NCBI GenBank assembly: GCA_050575255.1
Contig: JBNZDD010013678.1
Span: 2,903,461 to 2,967,460 of the forward strand
Origin: Harriotta raleighana
Taxonomy: Eukaryota
Direction of reading: 5' to 3'
Length of the DNA stretch: 64,000 nt
This document shows positions 1 through 11,829 of the stretch, piece after piece (position 1 is the stretch's first letter; every line of letters begins with the position of its first letter). The notes under the pieces are model-generated. The model was not told where the DNA came from and did no database searches. It was given only the letters and a program-made list of their open reading frames with translations. Both the position numbers and the translations under genes were made by a program.

Positions 1-1592
1 AATTAAGTTCACTGTATCTCGTGCATTTTTGTATGGATTGCTGTGATTTAAATGGAATGGATATTTATGATGTGGAAATCTTAGTACAGCATTCTTTGTT
101 TGTGGCCACAAGGGAAGAGACTGAACAAAGCCATTTACCTGGCTTCTAAGTTTATGAGCAGCAACCTTGTGTACACTTTGGTCACTGTATGACCTGTTCT
201 CAGAATAAATGCAATTATTTGCTGTGCCACACAACATTGGTCAGTGGAATAAAGTGCATAATGTCTTTTGTCATTACGTACCATGAGATGGAAGGAGCAC
301 AATGGCCTACTTTCATTGATTTTTGAAGACAAGCCAGCAAACAGAAGCATCGCAAGCTGTTGCAACAACAACGGAAAGTTTGAGGGAGTTGGCTAACTTG
401 TAATACATAGAAAGAGAGTGCGAGGCTGACATTTGCCAAGTCTTGAGTTTCGGAACTCCAGCAATCAAACCCCCACAACACCTCAGGTAAGTTTCAGAAA
501 ACATCTGTTTCTTTTGTCCTTTTGTATTTACGCTTCCTGTGAACTTTGCGTCAGTGCCCGAACTGATCAGTTGGAAATACAGGGATTTGCCAACCATGTT
601 TTTGAGGATCATTCATGCATGGTGGCATTGTTTACGGGAAAAAATATATTTTGTCTGGCCCCCAGTACCTTTCATTTTCCAATCGTTCCCTCGGCTTCAG
701 CTTCCAGCTGGCCTAATGCACAACTGAAAATGCTGCAACTTGGCTTCACAGTCTCTCTTGAGGGTAATCTGATGCTAGTTATTGTACAATAATTGCTGTG
801 TAGCACAGCTCCCTCTGGTGCCTGGAAACACCACACATTTGTGAGCTGCCAGCTGCGGAGCAAAAATAATGTCAAAGCAATTTGAAAAGCCCGCATTAAA
901 AGGTATTTAATGTTCCATGAAAGATGTGTTCGTGTGCTCTATTCCTCCGTAGTTACCAATATTCTAGGTGCTGAAAATAATTGTGTTGAACACTATATAA
1001 AGTTGAAACACCACAGAATCCAGGAACCCTCTAGTATAACTGATCTGTATAAACCACCTAAATCGTACATCTGCCCAGATCCTCGTTCAAATGTTTCTCT
1101 TCTCGGCAAGTTTGACATAAATCATATTAAAAGTACGGTTCCAATTAATACGCCTTGAGTAAGGTTTACTGTATAATAGATAGAGTTGCAGCTTACGAAC
1201 TAAGCACTTGGTTCAAATGCTATGGTGAGTTTTCTGTCCTCACCCGAGGATGCACAGAGGAGGTTGTGGAACTTGAACCTTTCCCTGGGGAAGATTTCCA
1301 CTTAGTCTGGGTTCCAGTTTCTCAGCCTTTGTCAGAGCCTGGTGGCATGTGTGTGGCAGTTGGGTCAGGATAGAGGACAGTCTGTCTCTCATTACTCAGC
1401 TCACAGATCCCTAATGAACCACCTTAGATGAAATATTGGAGGGAAACTAGTACAAGTAAACCTCACCTACGTTGTATCAGCTGGGACCATACATTTAATG
1501 CGACTTATGCAAGTTTCACATAAACTCATACTTTGTATAAGTTGTATTATATATTTTATATATATATGTGTGTATATATATATATCTATATA

Positions 1593-1750
1593 GCCTTCAA
1601 GTCCCGCCTCAAGACCCTCCTCTTCGACAATCACATCGGTCACCCCAAATCCCCCCTTTCCCTCCCCGTCCCTGACCCTCAGCTCAGACCTGGGACATCC
1701 TCCTGACATGAAAGCTGCTATACAAGTGTGATATTTTTGTTGTTGTTTGT
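1593..1750 (+). mobile_element. L2-clade LINE 3' end fragment
   Basis: ttcaagtcccgcctcaagaccctcctcttcgac (FKSRLKTLLFD, end of L2 ORF2), gggacatcctcctgacatgaaag and (tgt)n tail; same family as 6505-7032. Confidence 0.8.
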
Positions 1751-2959
1751 TGTATGACTGGTGTAAACCTCTGTATAAGTTGTAATAAGTTTGCTATGAG
1801 TAAATCATATTTTAAATGGTGTCTGTAACACCACAGCCCACCTAAGGGAAGGCTGAGAAGCAGAGTGCCAATTGTACCAATCAGTTAGAAAAATATTTTT
1901 TTTATATTAAATTAAAAATAACTCTTATAATACAAACTTTGCTCTCACAATCTAACTGAGGATCTGTTTCCAGTCTACGCAGAGAAATCAGAAAACCCAG
2001 ACCTTAACAAAAAAAAGTAATTTCCTTTTTGTTTGTGCTTTGGAACTTTTAAAATTTGTATTGAAAATAGCAAATCTTTTATGAAATTTTGATTTCTGGG
2101 GCGGGGAGGAATTCATCAGTGGCAGCTGGCAGTAAGTAACCTTTGCAGAGAAAGCTGCAAAAGGCATTGTGATTGTTTTATGGGAAGAAACTGAATGATT
2201 TCAACACATTTTTGGATCTGAAATTACCTGTGAAAGGACGTCCTTTAAGTTCAAGGGCGACTTGGGAGGTTGGCAAGTATCACAAAAGAAAGTTTCACCC
2301 CCCCCCCCCCACCACCACCCCAGACAGCCAGCCTTCTGTTCAGCTGGTTCAGAACTGACAGCCGAGCAAGACTTCCCAAAAGCTTTTCCAAGCCCTGGAG
2401 TATTCCAGCTTCAAATAGTTCAGTACCCACATCAACATCTGGAATTTCAATATACTGTACTTTGAACAGCTTTGTTGTGGGAACACACTTGCCAAACCTA
2501 AGTGTATAATGTCTAAATTAGCTGTATCTACCCATAATAGCCACGAAGTGAGCTGTAAACATCTTGAGAGAGAGTGGGGTGAGAGGAGCAGTTAATGAAA
2601 GGCTTGTGAAGCCCATTTCTTTATGTAGCATGAAATGACTAGAAGGATAACAACAGATAGCAAAAAAAAAAAATTTTTAAAACGCTGGAAATTTATACAT
2701 CAACTAGTGTCCTCAATAAAAGTTTTAACTTTTATCCATCACTATTATTATCACTCAACGGTAGCTTTTCTTTTTTTTTATATAAGATAAAAACTATAAT
2801 GAACTTTGAGTAATTCTGTTTCTCTCTCCCCGCCCCCACACCCCCCCCCCCACCCCCCCAAAAAAAAAAAAAGTGGTTCTCGTCATTAATCTCGGCAGCT
2901 GCAATTTGTAGATACAATTGCGGATTTGTTTAGTTTGAAACAAAGAGCAAATAAAAATC

Positions 2960-3431
2960 ATTTGGTCACTCGACACTGCTGTGCGCAATTGCTTCCCGTG
3001 TTTTGCTCACAAAATATTCAGTCAATTCACTTTACAGCATGTTTCCTTGAAGCGCTTTGAAAGAGCAGTGGTTCTCAAACAGGAATACATGTACCCCAGG
3101 GGGTACAAAATTATTTCCAGGGGGTACAGGTGGGGGTACATTGATTTATTTAGCTCTTATTTAGCACTTTGTAGTCTTCCAAATTGTATATTTAATAGAT
3201 ACTCCCCTCGTTTTGTATACGCTAGTTATTTTGTTATGCAGTATAAGAAAAGCTTGGTCATAAAATGCAAGTGGAATGAGGGGGTTGGTGTGTTTGTGTC
3301 TGTGGTTGGGTGGGGCTACACGATAATGTTGAAAATTAACAAGGGGTACATCACTGAAAAAGGTTGAGAACCACTGGTCTAGAGGACGTGATGAGGTGCT
3401 GTATTAAATGTAAGAATTATTATTATTATTA
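2960..3431 (+). mobile_element. 3' half of Deu-domain SINE, split by the hAT MITE at 3066-3376
   Basis: gacactgctgtgcgcaatt...agcgctttga stops near 3060 and resumes gtctagaggacgtga...aagaattattatt at 3377. Confidence 0.82.
3066..3376. mobile_element. Non-autonomous hAT (Charlie-like) DNA transposon, 311 bp
   Basis: 13-bp terminal inverted repeats CAGTGGTTCTCAA...TTGAGAACCACTG; internal GGGGTAC repeats; right flank GTCTAGAG fits the Charlie NTCTAGAN target. Confidence 0.88.
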
Positions 3432-5977
3432 TGGGTACTTTGGTTTCTGCAACTGGTGGTAAGAACACCCACTGTGTACCTCCCTCAGGGAATAGCTCAT
3501 GTCTGAGTCTCTCCCCCAACCCCCACCCCCCCCCTCCCCCTCTCTCCCCCACCTCCAGTTCAATTCTTTTCATGGATATCTAGTAATAAGAATTGGGATC
3601 AACTATGATCAAATTCAGTCAAATAGCTTGTTAAAGTGCATTGTAATTTTTTGGGATTGATTGATTGTCTGGGCTTGCCTACAAAGAAAGGTCAAGTGAA
3701 TAGTACCAACAGAACTTTTGTACACATCAAGCGTGAAGCAACGCTGAGGGAAATGGAGAATAAAAGGTCATGTAAAGCTGACTATTGGCTACGAAACCGA
3801 TCTGAGTTTGAGATTTCAACCCAGACGATAAGGAACAAAATTGTCTGCAAAAAAAAAGTGAGAAAATAAACCTGTAGTTCTCAATAAAGCCTTATTCATT
3901 GGTGATCAACTCCAGATGATCAGTGATCTAAACTAGCAATTGTAGGTTTACATATTGAAGTGTCATTTCAAAAGCTTTCGTACATTTTCCTTATTGGGCC
4001 AATTTGAAATATCTATTTTTATTGAACTATTTACATATTTCTCTGAAGTTCAGAGACTCTTGACAGAAGCTTTCAGGACTCTTTGTTGATGGGCTTGCAT
4101 GTAAATTCTTGTGAAGAATGTGTGCAAGTCCGCACTGATTGATTTAATATCTGGAGTGTATCCAATGCTGCTTGTTAAAATGCAGAGGGCCCAAGTTTAA
4201 AATGTCAAAATGCTGAGCTTTCTATCAGCTGAAGCTGTTTGATTTGTGTACAGCTATTCAGATCGCCTAACTGACATCTTTTCGAACAGATTGGTGCCCA
4301 TTCGCTGTACCGGGTCTGTGTCGGGGGGAGTACGTTTTGGGAAGAAACTTAATACAAGTTGACAAATTGTGCATTCCAGCAGCTCCCTGGCTTTAGAAAT
4401 TTAGCGTTTTGGCTGGTATTAATCTAGAGCTGAATAAACAATGACCTGAGCTCCCGCTGGAATATTTATGATACCATGTGGTGAGATTGCTTAGCAACAC
4501 AACCTACTCCTCCCTGTACTTTTACACAAATCCAGTTCCAAGAGACTGATTTTTGTTTGGTCTCCATATCGAGCCCCATGAAAGACAGAATACAATACAG
4601 AGTCCTGTGATTTTTTTTTGTTACTGTAGAATGTTGAGAATTTACCAATGATACAGGCTGAGCAGAGCAAAATCTGGCCTTTTCAGAATATAAATCAGTC
4701 CTCGGCTCTTTAGTTCTACATTTAAATATAATAATGATAATAATCCTTACGTTTATATATAATAATCCTCTCATTTGGTACAGTGCCTTATGTCATTGAG
4801 ACGGCTGAAAGCGCTTCCCGAAATATAGTGTAAAGCCAGATGACAGTAAAAGTGGAAAATAAATAGAAGATACTGTGTGTAGGCTTGACATGAATAGAAA
4901 TTAGTTTGAATAGATTACTTACTGCATTTCACCAGCAATTCTGGGGTTGGGTAGGGAGAGAGGAACTATGCCACAGGGTAAAGGATATTTTTGAAAGTGA
5001 AAAACATCTTTGGCCAACCCTAAATGTCCTAGTAATACAATCTATTTTACCAAAGTCTTTCAGCTACATTAATTTTTCAAACTATCTTACCCATTCCGTG
5101 CAAGAATCTGGCCTTATCTTGTTCTTTAGTAAATAATTATTCTCATGTTAGAATTTTTAATTTTCCACAGCGTCATCCCAGCCTTATCCGCTTTTGAATT
5201 ACGTACAACCTAAACAGGAAATCCAATTGCTTTTCTATAGGTTTACAATTCTGTCATCTGTGGCATAGAATCTAATCTGATTTTCATCTCTCTCTTGTGG
5301 GACAGGAAAAACAGATCAAAATCAGAACAATGCTACTGAGGGGTGTGGATGCACTTGTTTGATGCATTTCCCACTCAGAAATATCTAGCTTCGTTTTTGA
5401 AAATTTCACTGAATCCTAAAATGATGGTGTCTGTGAAGTTGGATTAGCTTTATCGAAATATGTTTGTTCCCCCTCTTTTTTTCCACAATCAGTGGGACAG
5501 ACGGCAATGACACTGAAATAAATATTCCCTTTTTAATATTAAACATTTAATATTCTTTTCCACATTTTGAGACTGCTGCATCAATGAGAAAGTGCAGGCA
5601 TCATTGGAATGTTTGGAGAGTTGTGAGGAAATACTGGATATGGAGAAAAGGTGGGAAAATCTGTTCCATTTGGATCAGAGTGTGGTTTTCAAATGTATTA
5701 CATCAATCTCCTAGTTAAACACCAGCTAATATTCTATATTGTTGTATCATTTCCTAGCCACTGGGCGGCGCTGCAAACGTCTACAGCAAACTTACTGTAG
5801 GAATGAACTGTATTTACGCCACCAAGTGGCATTATCCAGAACTGCAATCATTTACTTTCTGCGTCGAGTATTGCAGCCAATCATTAATTCAGGACCAGAG
5901 GACTTCTGTCAAGTGTGGAAAGTAGTATATTTTGAGTAAAGATTGGATCCAGATTCAAAAATAAATGAAAGAAAATG

Positions 5978-6270
5978 TGGAGTCCAGTGGTTAGAGCACT
6001 CGCCTTGCAAGCGAGAGAACTGGGTTCAATTCCAGGCAGGGTGAAACAGTGGACAAGTTTCCTTACTCCCACGCACATGCCTGACAGTAATCCCTAAAAA
6101 TAATAATAAATTGATCATTTCAATCCACGACTGTTTGTGGGGACGCTGCTGTGCGCAATTGGCTGCCGCATTTTGCCCACAAATATACAGTCAATTCACT
6201 TTACAGTAAATTCTGTGAAGCGCTTTTGAGATGCCTGAAAGCCGTGAAAAGCATTATATCAAATCCAAGT
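5978..6270 (+). mobile_element. tRNA-derived Deu-domain SINE, near full length
   Basis: Head cagtggttagagcactcgccttgcaagcgag...gggttcaattcc; central tgtggggacgctgctgtgcgcaattggctgcc; shared 3' tail. Confidence 0.88.
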
Positions 6271-6504
6271 ACAGGTGGAACGGCAAGAATCCGGGACAGA
6301 TGGGTCCAAACACCTCCCGGATTTCACTTTGCTGGTGTTTAGAAACCCAGCCTCACATTGCATAACTTTACCGATGTTCTTTAAGATACCCAATATAATT
6401 TTGATGTATGATTTATGTGTAAAAATATAAGTGTTATTGCTTAAAAATAAATGAATTCTAAATCTAAATGTAATATTTTGAAATCTTACAGGCTTTAGGG
6501 AGTT

Positions 6505-7032
6505 GAATGAAACTCTCATTCATGCCTTTGTCACATCCAGGCTCGATTACGCCACTTGTCAGTCTCCTTCCATAGGCTACAGATCATCCAGAACTCTGCG
6601 GCCTGTGTCCTCGACTGCTCCAAGCTCCCAGCTCCCCCATCCTCACCCGACTCCATTGGCTCCCCATCACCCAGAGGATTCGAGAACCTGGTCGCACATT
6701 CAAAGCCCTCCATGGCCATGTCCACCCCAACTTCTCCTAACCCCCTACCCCCAGCCTCTGCTCAACAGGCTCCTGTCTGTTCCATGTCCCTCAACCCACC
6801 ATTGGCGGATGAGCCTTCAGTTACTCTGCCCACCTCTGGAACTTCATCCCGCAGTCCCCCCACCTCTCGCCTTCCCTGGCCTCTTTCAAGTCCCGCCTCA
6901 GGAACCTCCTCTTTGACGGTCTCATCGCTCATCCCCTCATCCCCGACCCCAGCTGAAACACTGCCTGTCCAGCATTTCGGGATGTCCTCCCGACATCAAG
7001 GGTGCTCTACAAATGTAATGTTGCTGTTGTTT
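6505..7032 (+). mobile_element. L2-clade LINE 3' fragment (degenerate ORF2 C-terminus and tail)
   Basis: ETLIHAFVTSRLDY and RLQIIQNSAA are L2 ORF2 C-terminal motifs; frameshifted; ends in aatgtaatgttgctgttgtt. Confidence 0.9.
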
Positions 7033-7894
7033 CAGAATGCTGGATTATCGATGTTCTACTGTATTGTTAAAATATATTTTCAATTGCATGAACCATCTGA
7101 GATGTCAGATTATTTCAGATCGTTTTTTTTAGTTCTCCTAAATCCACTCTGAATTTGTTGAAATGTTATGATGTCTTTGAGACAGTCAAGTTTACAATTA
7201 AGGTTGTATTATTTCAATACCTTGTTTATATTAATATTTACCAATTTAGTACTTTAACATGTGCATTATTTCTTTGGTTAAAATATTTTAGCCGTTCAAT
7301 CTTAGTCAGTTTATTTCCCAAACATGTAAAAAGAAAACTCAAATACAAGTAGAATTAAAAGTTCTGTAATTGGGATTAAAATACATTTATGGAGTATTAC
7401 ATTGATTAAAAAAGCAGGATTGTACAAGTGGTGTGTGAATCAGAAAACTTATAAAATAATGATCAATTCAACCAACGAGTGTAGTGATTCAATTACAAAC
7501 AGTGCATGATAGAAATGTTAAATGCAGAATATTCTTCCTCATTCTTTGAACACATTTTATCCTTCAAACTAAACTATTTTCATCCTCTGATATGTTATTT
7601 TATGGAGGTAGGCAGATCAGACCAAGTTGGCATAAAGCAGACACAAAGTGATTTAGCTTCAATCCTTCCACATTAGAGAACTAATAAAGGATCTTTATAT
7701 GTGAAGGTGAACTACACATAAGAAAAGGAAGACTATACCAACAACAGTTAGTAAATTAACATTATTTGTTTGTCCTCGTACAAATAATTATTCAAATAAT
7801 ACCGTAAGGGAGGCATAGTAACTAGTTTATACTTAATTTTGAGGGCAACATGAGGCACAGAAACAAAACACTTTAGTGGGCAGAACACAAAAGT

Positions 7895-7916
7895 TTTATT
7901 TCCAAAAGTATTTACA
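7895..7916 (-). promoter_or_regulatory. Candidate distal polyadenylation signal AATAAA (7895-7900) preceded by Pumilio element TGTAAATA (7909-7916)
   Basis: Minus strand reads TATGTAAATACTTTTGGAAATAAAACTTTTGTGTTCTG, with G/U-rich sequence downstream. A proximal AATAAA also exists at 11362-11367. Confidence 0.5.
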
Positions 7917-10900
7917 TACCTTTGGATATTATGAATGAGAACCTGTCAGTCTTGATTTAACTACAGCACAAATAGAACCACGCGTTCTTTATCTTGCCTA
8001 ATGAATTAACACATTTGATTATCCATTCAGATACACATTACATGGCAAAATGATTTTCTAAAGTTTTCTGTCAAATAATTACATAAAGAGGTATAAATCC
8101 CTGGTATCATTTATACAGAGTCAAGGAACAACAGAACAAAGAACAATATTTTCATTCCAAAAGGGAGGGCCTTGTTGCAGATAAAGGTGGCAAATCAGGT
8201 ATATTAATCTCCATAAATTAAGCAAATTTGTTTGGACACAAATCTTCAATGTGATCTTAGTCTTTCCCTACCTGAGAGGAGAATAAAACAGGGCTCGATC
8301 TCTGGCTAAACATTCCATCAACTAGTTTTCAAAGTAAAGATTTTAAGGCCATACAAAGAATCATCGGTTCAAACAAACATGTAAAAAAAATACAATACAA
8401 GATTTAGTTAGGCATTAATGAGTAAATGGAAAAAAAATCTGACCAATTTCATAATTCATGTCATTGCAAGTGGCTAGTTGCTCACATTTTCTGCCGAAGA
8501 GGAGATTTTAAATAAGCTGGTTAAACAGTCAGTGGTTAAACTAGTACGATATTAACCAATGTTGCAATTCAGAATTTTTTAAAAACAATTTCACCATTTT
8601 AAAACTTCAGGGTTTAATCGCTTTGCTCTCTCTTGATGACCTATGTTGGAAAATGTAACCTAAGTGCAATAATATTTCTGAACTTTGATTGGTTATTTAC
8701 GTTTGTGGGGAATTCTGATGCAACATCGAGATGACAAATCAATGCCTGTGGCCTTCTTCCTCCCCTGCAAACCAGACTCACTTTTGAGAACTTTTTGCCT
8801 CATCTCTGGGTAGTCAGCCCAATATGCCAAATCCTCAAATACCCTCCAGTGGTCTCACACAACCCCAATTCCTATTTCTTACCTTTCAGGTAGCCCGAGT
8901 TCCCTTCTCCTACGCTCTCCTTAAAACACGTTCCATTCTCCTGCCCTCTGCATTCAAGCCCAAATTCCTGCTTCCATATAGATTAAGTTTCCATCTCCCA
9001 CTTTCCCTATACAGCCTAGGTTTTCCTTTCCCACAATCTTCCTGCAGCCCACGTTTCTGACTCCCAATATATATATATATAATAAATATATTATATATAC
9101 ATACACAAAAACAATGATTTATTCATTTTAGCTCCAAGCTAAAGGGACACAAGACAATTTTCTTCTGAAGTCAAAAGTTGAAAGCACTGTGGCCAGAAGT
9201 ATTGGTCCTCCACGTACAAAAGATAGTTTTGATTGAGACTGGCTCAGTTATTCCAATTTCTGACCTTTCTTGCTGCCTCACTTTCTTCATTACCATCTCA
9301 TAAGACTCACTGCATAATAACATTTCACAAGCTTGGGGCTAAAAAAATGAAATGAACAAGGCATAAATTTGTTAGAAAATCCATATCTACCAACCCATAC
9401 AATGATAATAAAGAATTTTTCAATGGACTTTAGTCTTAAAACAACAAGATGAAAACAGTTGATGGACATTTCTAGTGAGTTACAAATAAACAAGCTGCAA
9501 GCTCCAACATTTTATCAGTAGTGATATTGCATAGTTGGTAGAATGTACAGTGTATGTGCAAGTGAGCTATGGAGTGGGCAGGAACAAGTGCAGCTTTAAT
9601 CTTCTAGTTGATGCAGTTACCCTGGATTACACAGATAAATTTGACATTATCAGAGATGACGTTTGATTACTCACCTGAAGTATTTGGGAACCTGAATCAG
9701 TATAGTTCAGTGTTGATTGAGATTAATGTAGGTAAATTAGACACAATGTCAGTAGGACTTAAGTCAATACTACAGGGCTCTATTTAGCTGCTGGACCAAA
9801 CGTAAAACATGAAGCATACTATGCAATACAACTACAGTGAAACTTACAAGTAAAAGCTTCTTTAATAGGGGATTGAATCAATAATGATTATGGAAGCTTG
9901 GAAGCTTAAGTGACCTCAAGGGTGCATTGAATACCAAAGAGGTTATCACAATAATGGCCAGAGAAGATTTTTCAGAAAAGTTGAAAGAGATTCATGGGAT
10001 CCAAGATCCAAGCATATTGTTGCAATATAATACAAATTCAAATGTATGGATAAATGTTAATGATTCTGGTAATCATTCAGTAAGGCAATCATCACATCAA
10101 CTAAAGTAAGCATCTGAACCCTTGATGGTTTTTAACTCAGTAACAATGGGCCAGACTTCATTCTTTAATGTTACAAATAGATCTTTGTTTTCAGTTTTAT
10201 CTAAAAAAAAATCAGGAGCAAAAATATGGACGGTACATTTTTTGAATTATCATTGGCCAAACTGAATATGTTTTTCAAATTTACCTTTAAGTCTCTTCTA
10301 TCGTTATTGTTTAAAAATATATATTTTTAAAAGTTTAGAAAATAAAACAAAAAATTTTTAAAAATGTGCTTTCCTTGTCAATGAAGAGTTTGTTTTTCAA
10401 CACCTTTTGAAAATTTCATGTTAGATGGGATTCAAATATGCATTTTTAGAAGCACTAGTTTTGAAATGCATCAAGCTGACAAAGGGGGAAAGAGGAAGCT
10501 AATTGCTGGCCAAAATAGGCAATAAGAGTGAAATAAATAAACATCACTGTGGGACGTAGCTTTTGATTATAATGTTCTGGAGGAATGAAGAAAATGCGAG
10601 AAAACACTACAAGCTATATCCATGGCCACCAAAGAGTTATACAAAAAAATCCCATGGTGTTTGGGAGAGAAAAAAAATCACTTTTTAAAAAAAAGTAAAA
10701 AGGTTCAAATAGACTGGAGAGGCGGGGAATTGAAACTTAAAACTGAAAACAAAGCACCATAGAAATAACACTGCTATAAATATTATCAAAAATAGTAGGT
10801 CAGTGAGAGTGATGCCAATGAAAATAATCTCAATTCAGGTTTCAAATGACAATAAGCTTGCGACTTTGCCTCTAGTGGTTTAAAATGTTATTGGAATATA

Positions 10901-11694
10901 CTGTCACAGAGATCTTCTTGTCATCACTCCCCAACCACTCTTGAAATAAAAAATGGTCCATATTGTTAATTTAATGGTCAGGAACAGAGAATATACAGAG
11001 AATACCTTGCCCTGTTTTGAGCAATGTATTTCAAAAGCGTAGAATTATAAAAATGTAATGGTTCACATTGCAAGTAAAAAAAAGTTTTTTTGTTTTAAAA
11101 GTACTGTAATATTGTCCCTTTGAATTGTATACTTTAAACCTTGGAGCCATGTATCCCCACAGATATAATACATTCAAAACTATTAGACTATTGTACCCTA
11201 TTCTCTGACATACTGTACATAAATTTCTGGTAGTGTAGATTTTCCTGGAGAAAGTTATCATCACATTCAAAAGCTCAAGACACTTTTTATACCCTTCCAA
11301 AGAATTAAGGTATTTTAGGGAAGTCTGATGGGCATTAGAGGTGTTATTAAAATAGGAATATTTTATTTATGACGGCTACCTACTGGGATTTGAAATCCTA
11401 AAGTACAGACCTACAGAAAACCGTATTTGACAATATGTACAAAACATTAATAAAGCCATGTGTAAAATTGAAGGGTAAGCTAGAAGATGCATCATATGCT
11501 TACGTCTAACAGGAAATGAATGTCAAACTGAAAAACTAGACACATGTATGCGAAATTGACATTCTTTCTGAATTGTCTGTACTGTAAACTATACATTGCT
11601 TAAGTAGCACAACTGCTCAAAATATTTGTGCTGTTTCAATTTCAAAATTGAAATCTCAGTCAACAATTTGATTCGACAGATGCATTTTTTTTTA

Positions 11695-11829
11695 CTAGTT
11701 TTTCTTTGAAGACCTTCCTTTCTTTTGAATCTTTTCTCGCTGCTTTTCTACTTTTTCTTGAGCTTTCTTCATTTCTTTAAGCTTTTTCTTGATTATGGAA
11801 CGGTCATTCTGACTGGCAACACCTAAGGC
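11695..11829 (-). CDS. ppp1r9al: Terminal coding exon C18: [44 protein letters not shown]
   Basis: Acceptor TTACAG|; end of SAM plus basic coiled tail; TAG at 11697-11695. Confidence 0.9.
   Translation of the reverse strand, partial: ALGVASQNDRSIIKKKLKEMKKAQEKVEKQREKIQKKGRSSKKN

Noticed and set aside
135-800. Short ORFs with consensus donors (CAG|GTAAGT plus strand at 487; CAG|GTAAAT minus strand near 138)
   Set aside because: No recognisable protein or partner exons in the window; could belong to a neighbouring transcript but cannot be supported.
6503-7152. 137-aa and 198-aa plus-strand ORFs
   Set aside because: Decayed L2 LINE sequence, not host genes.
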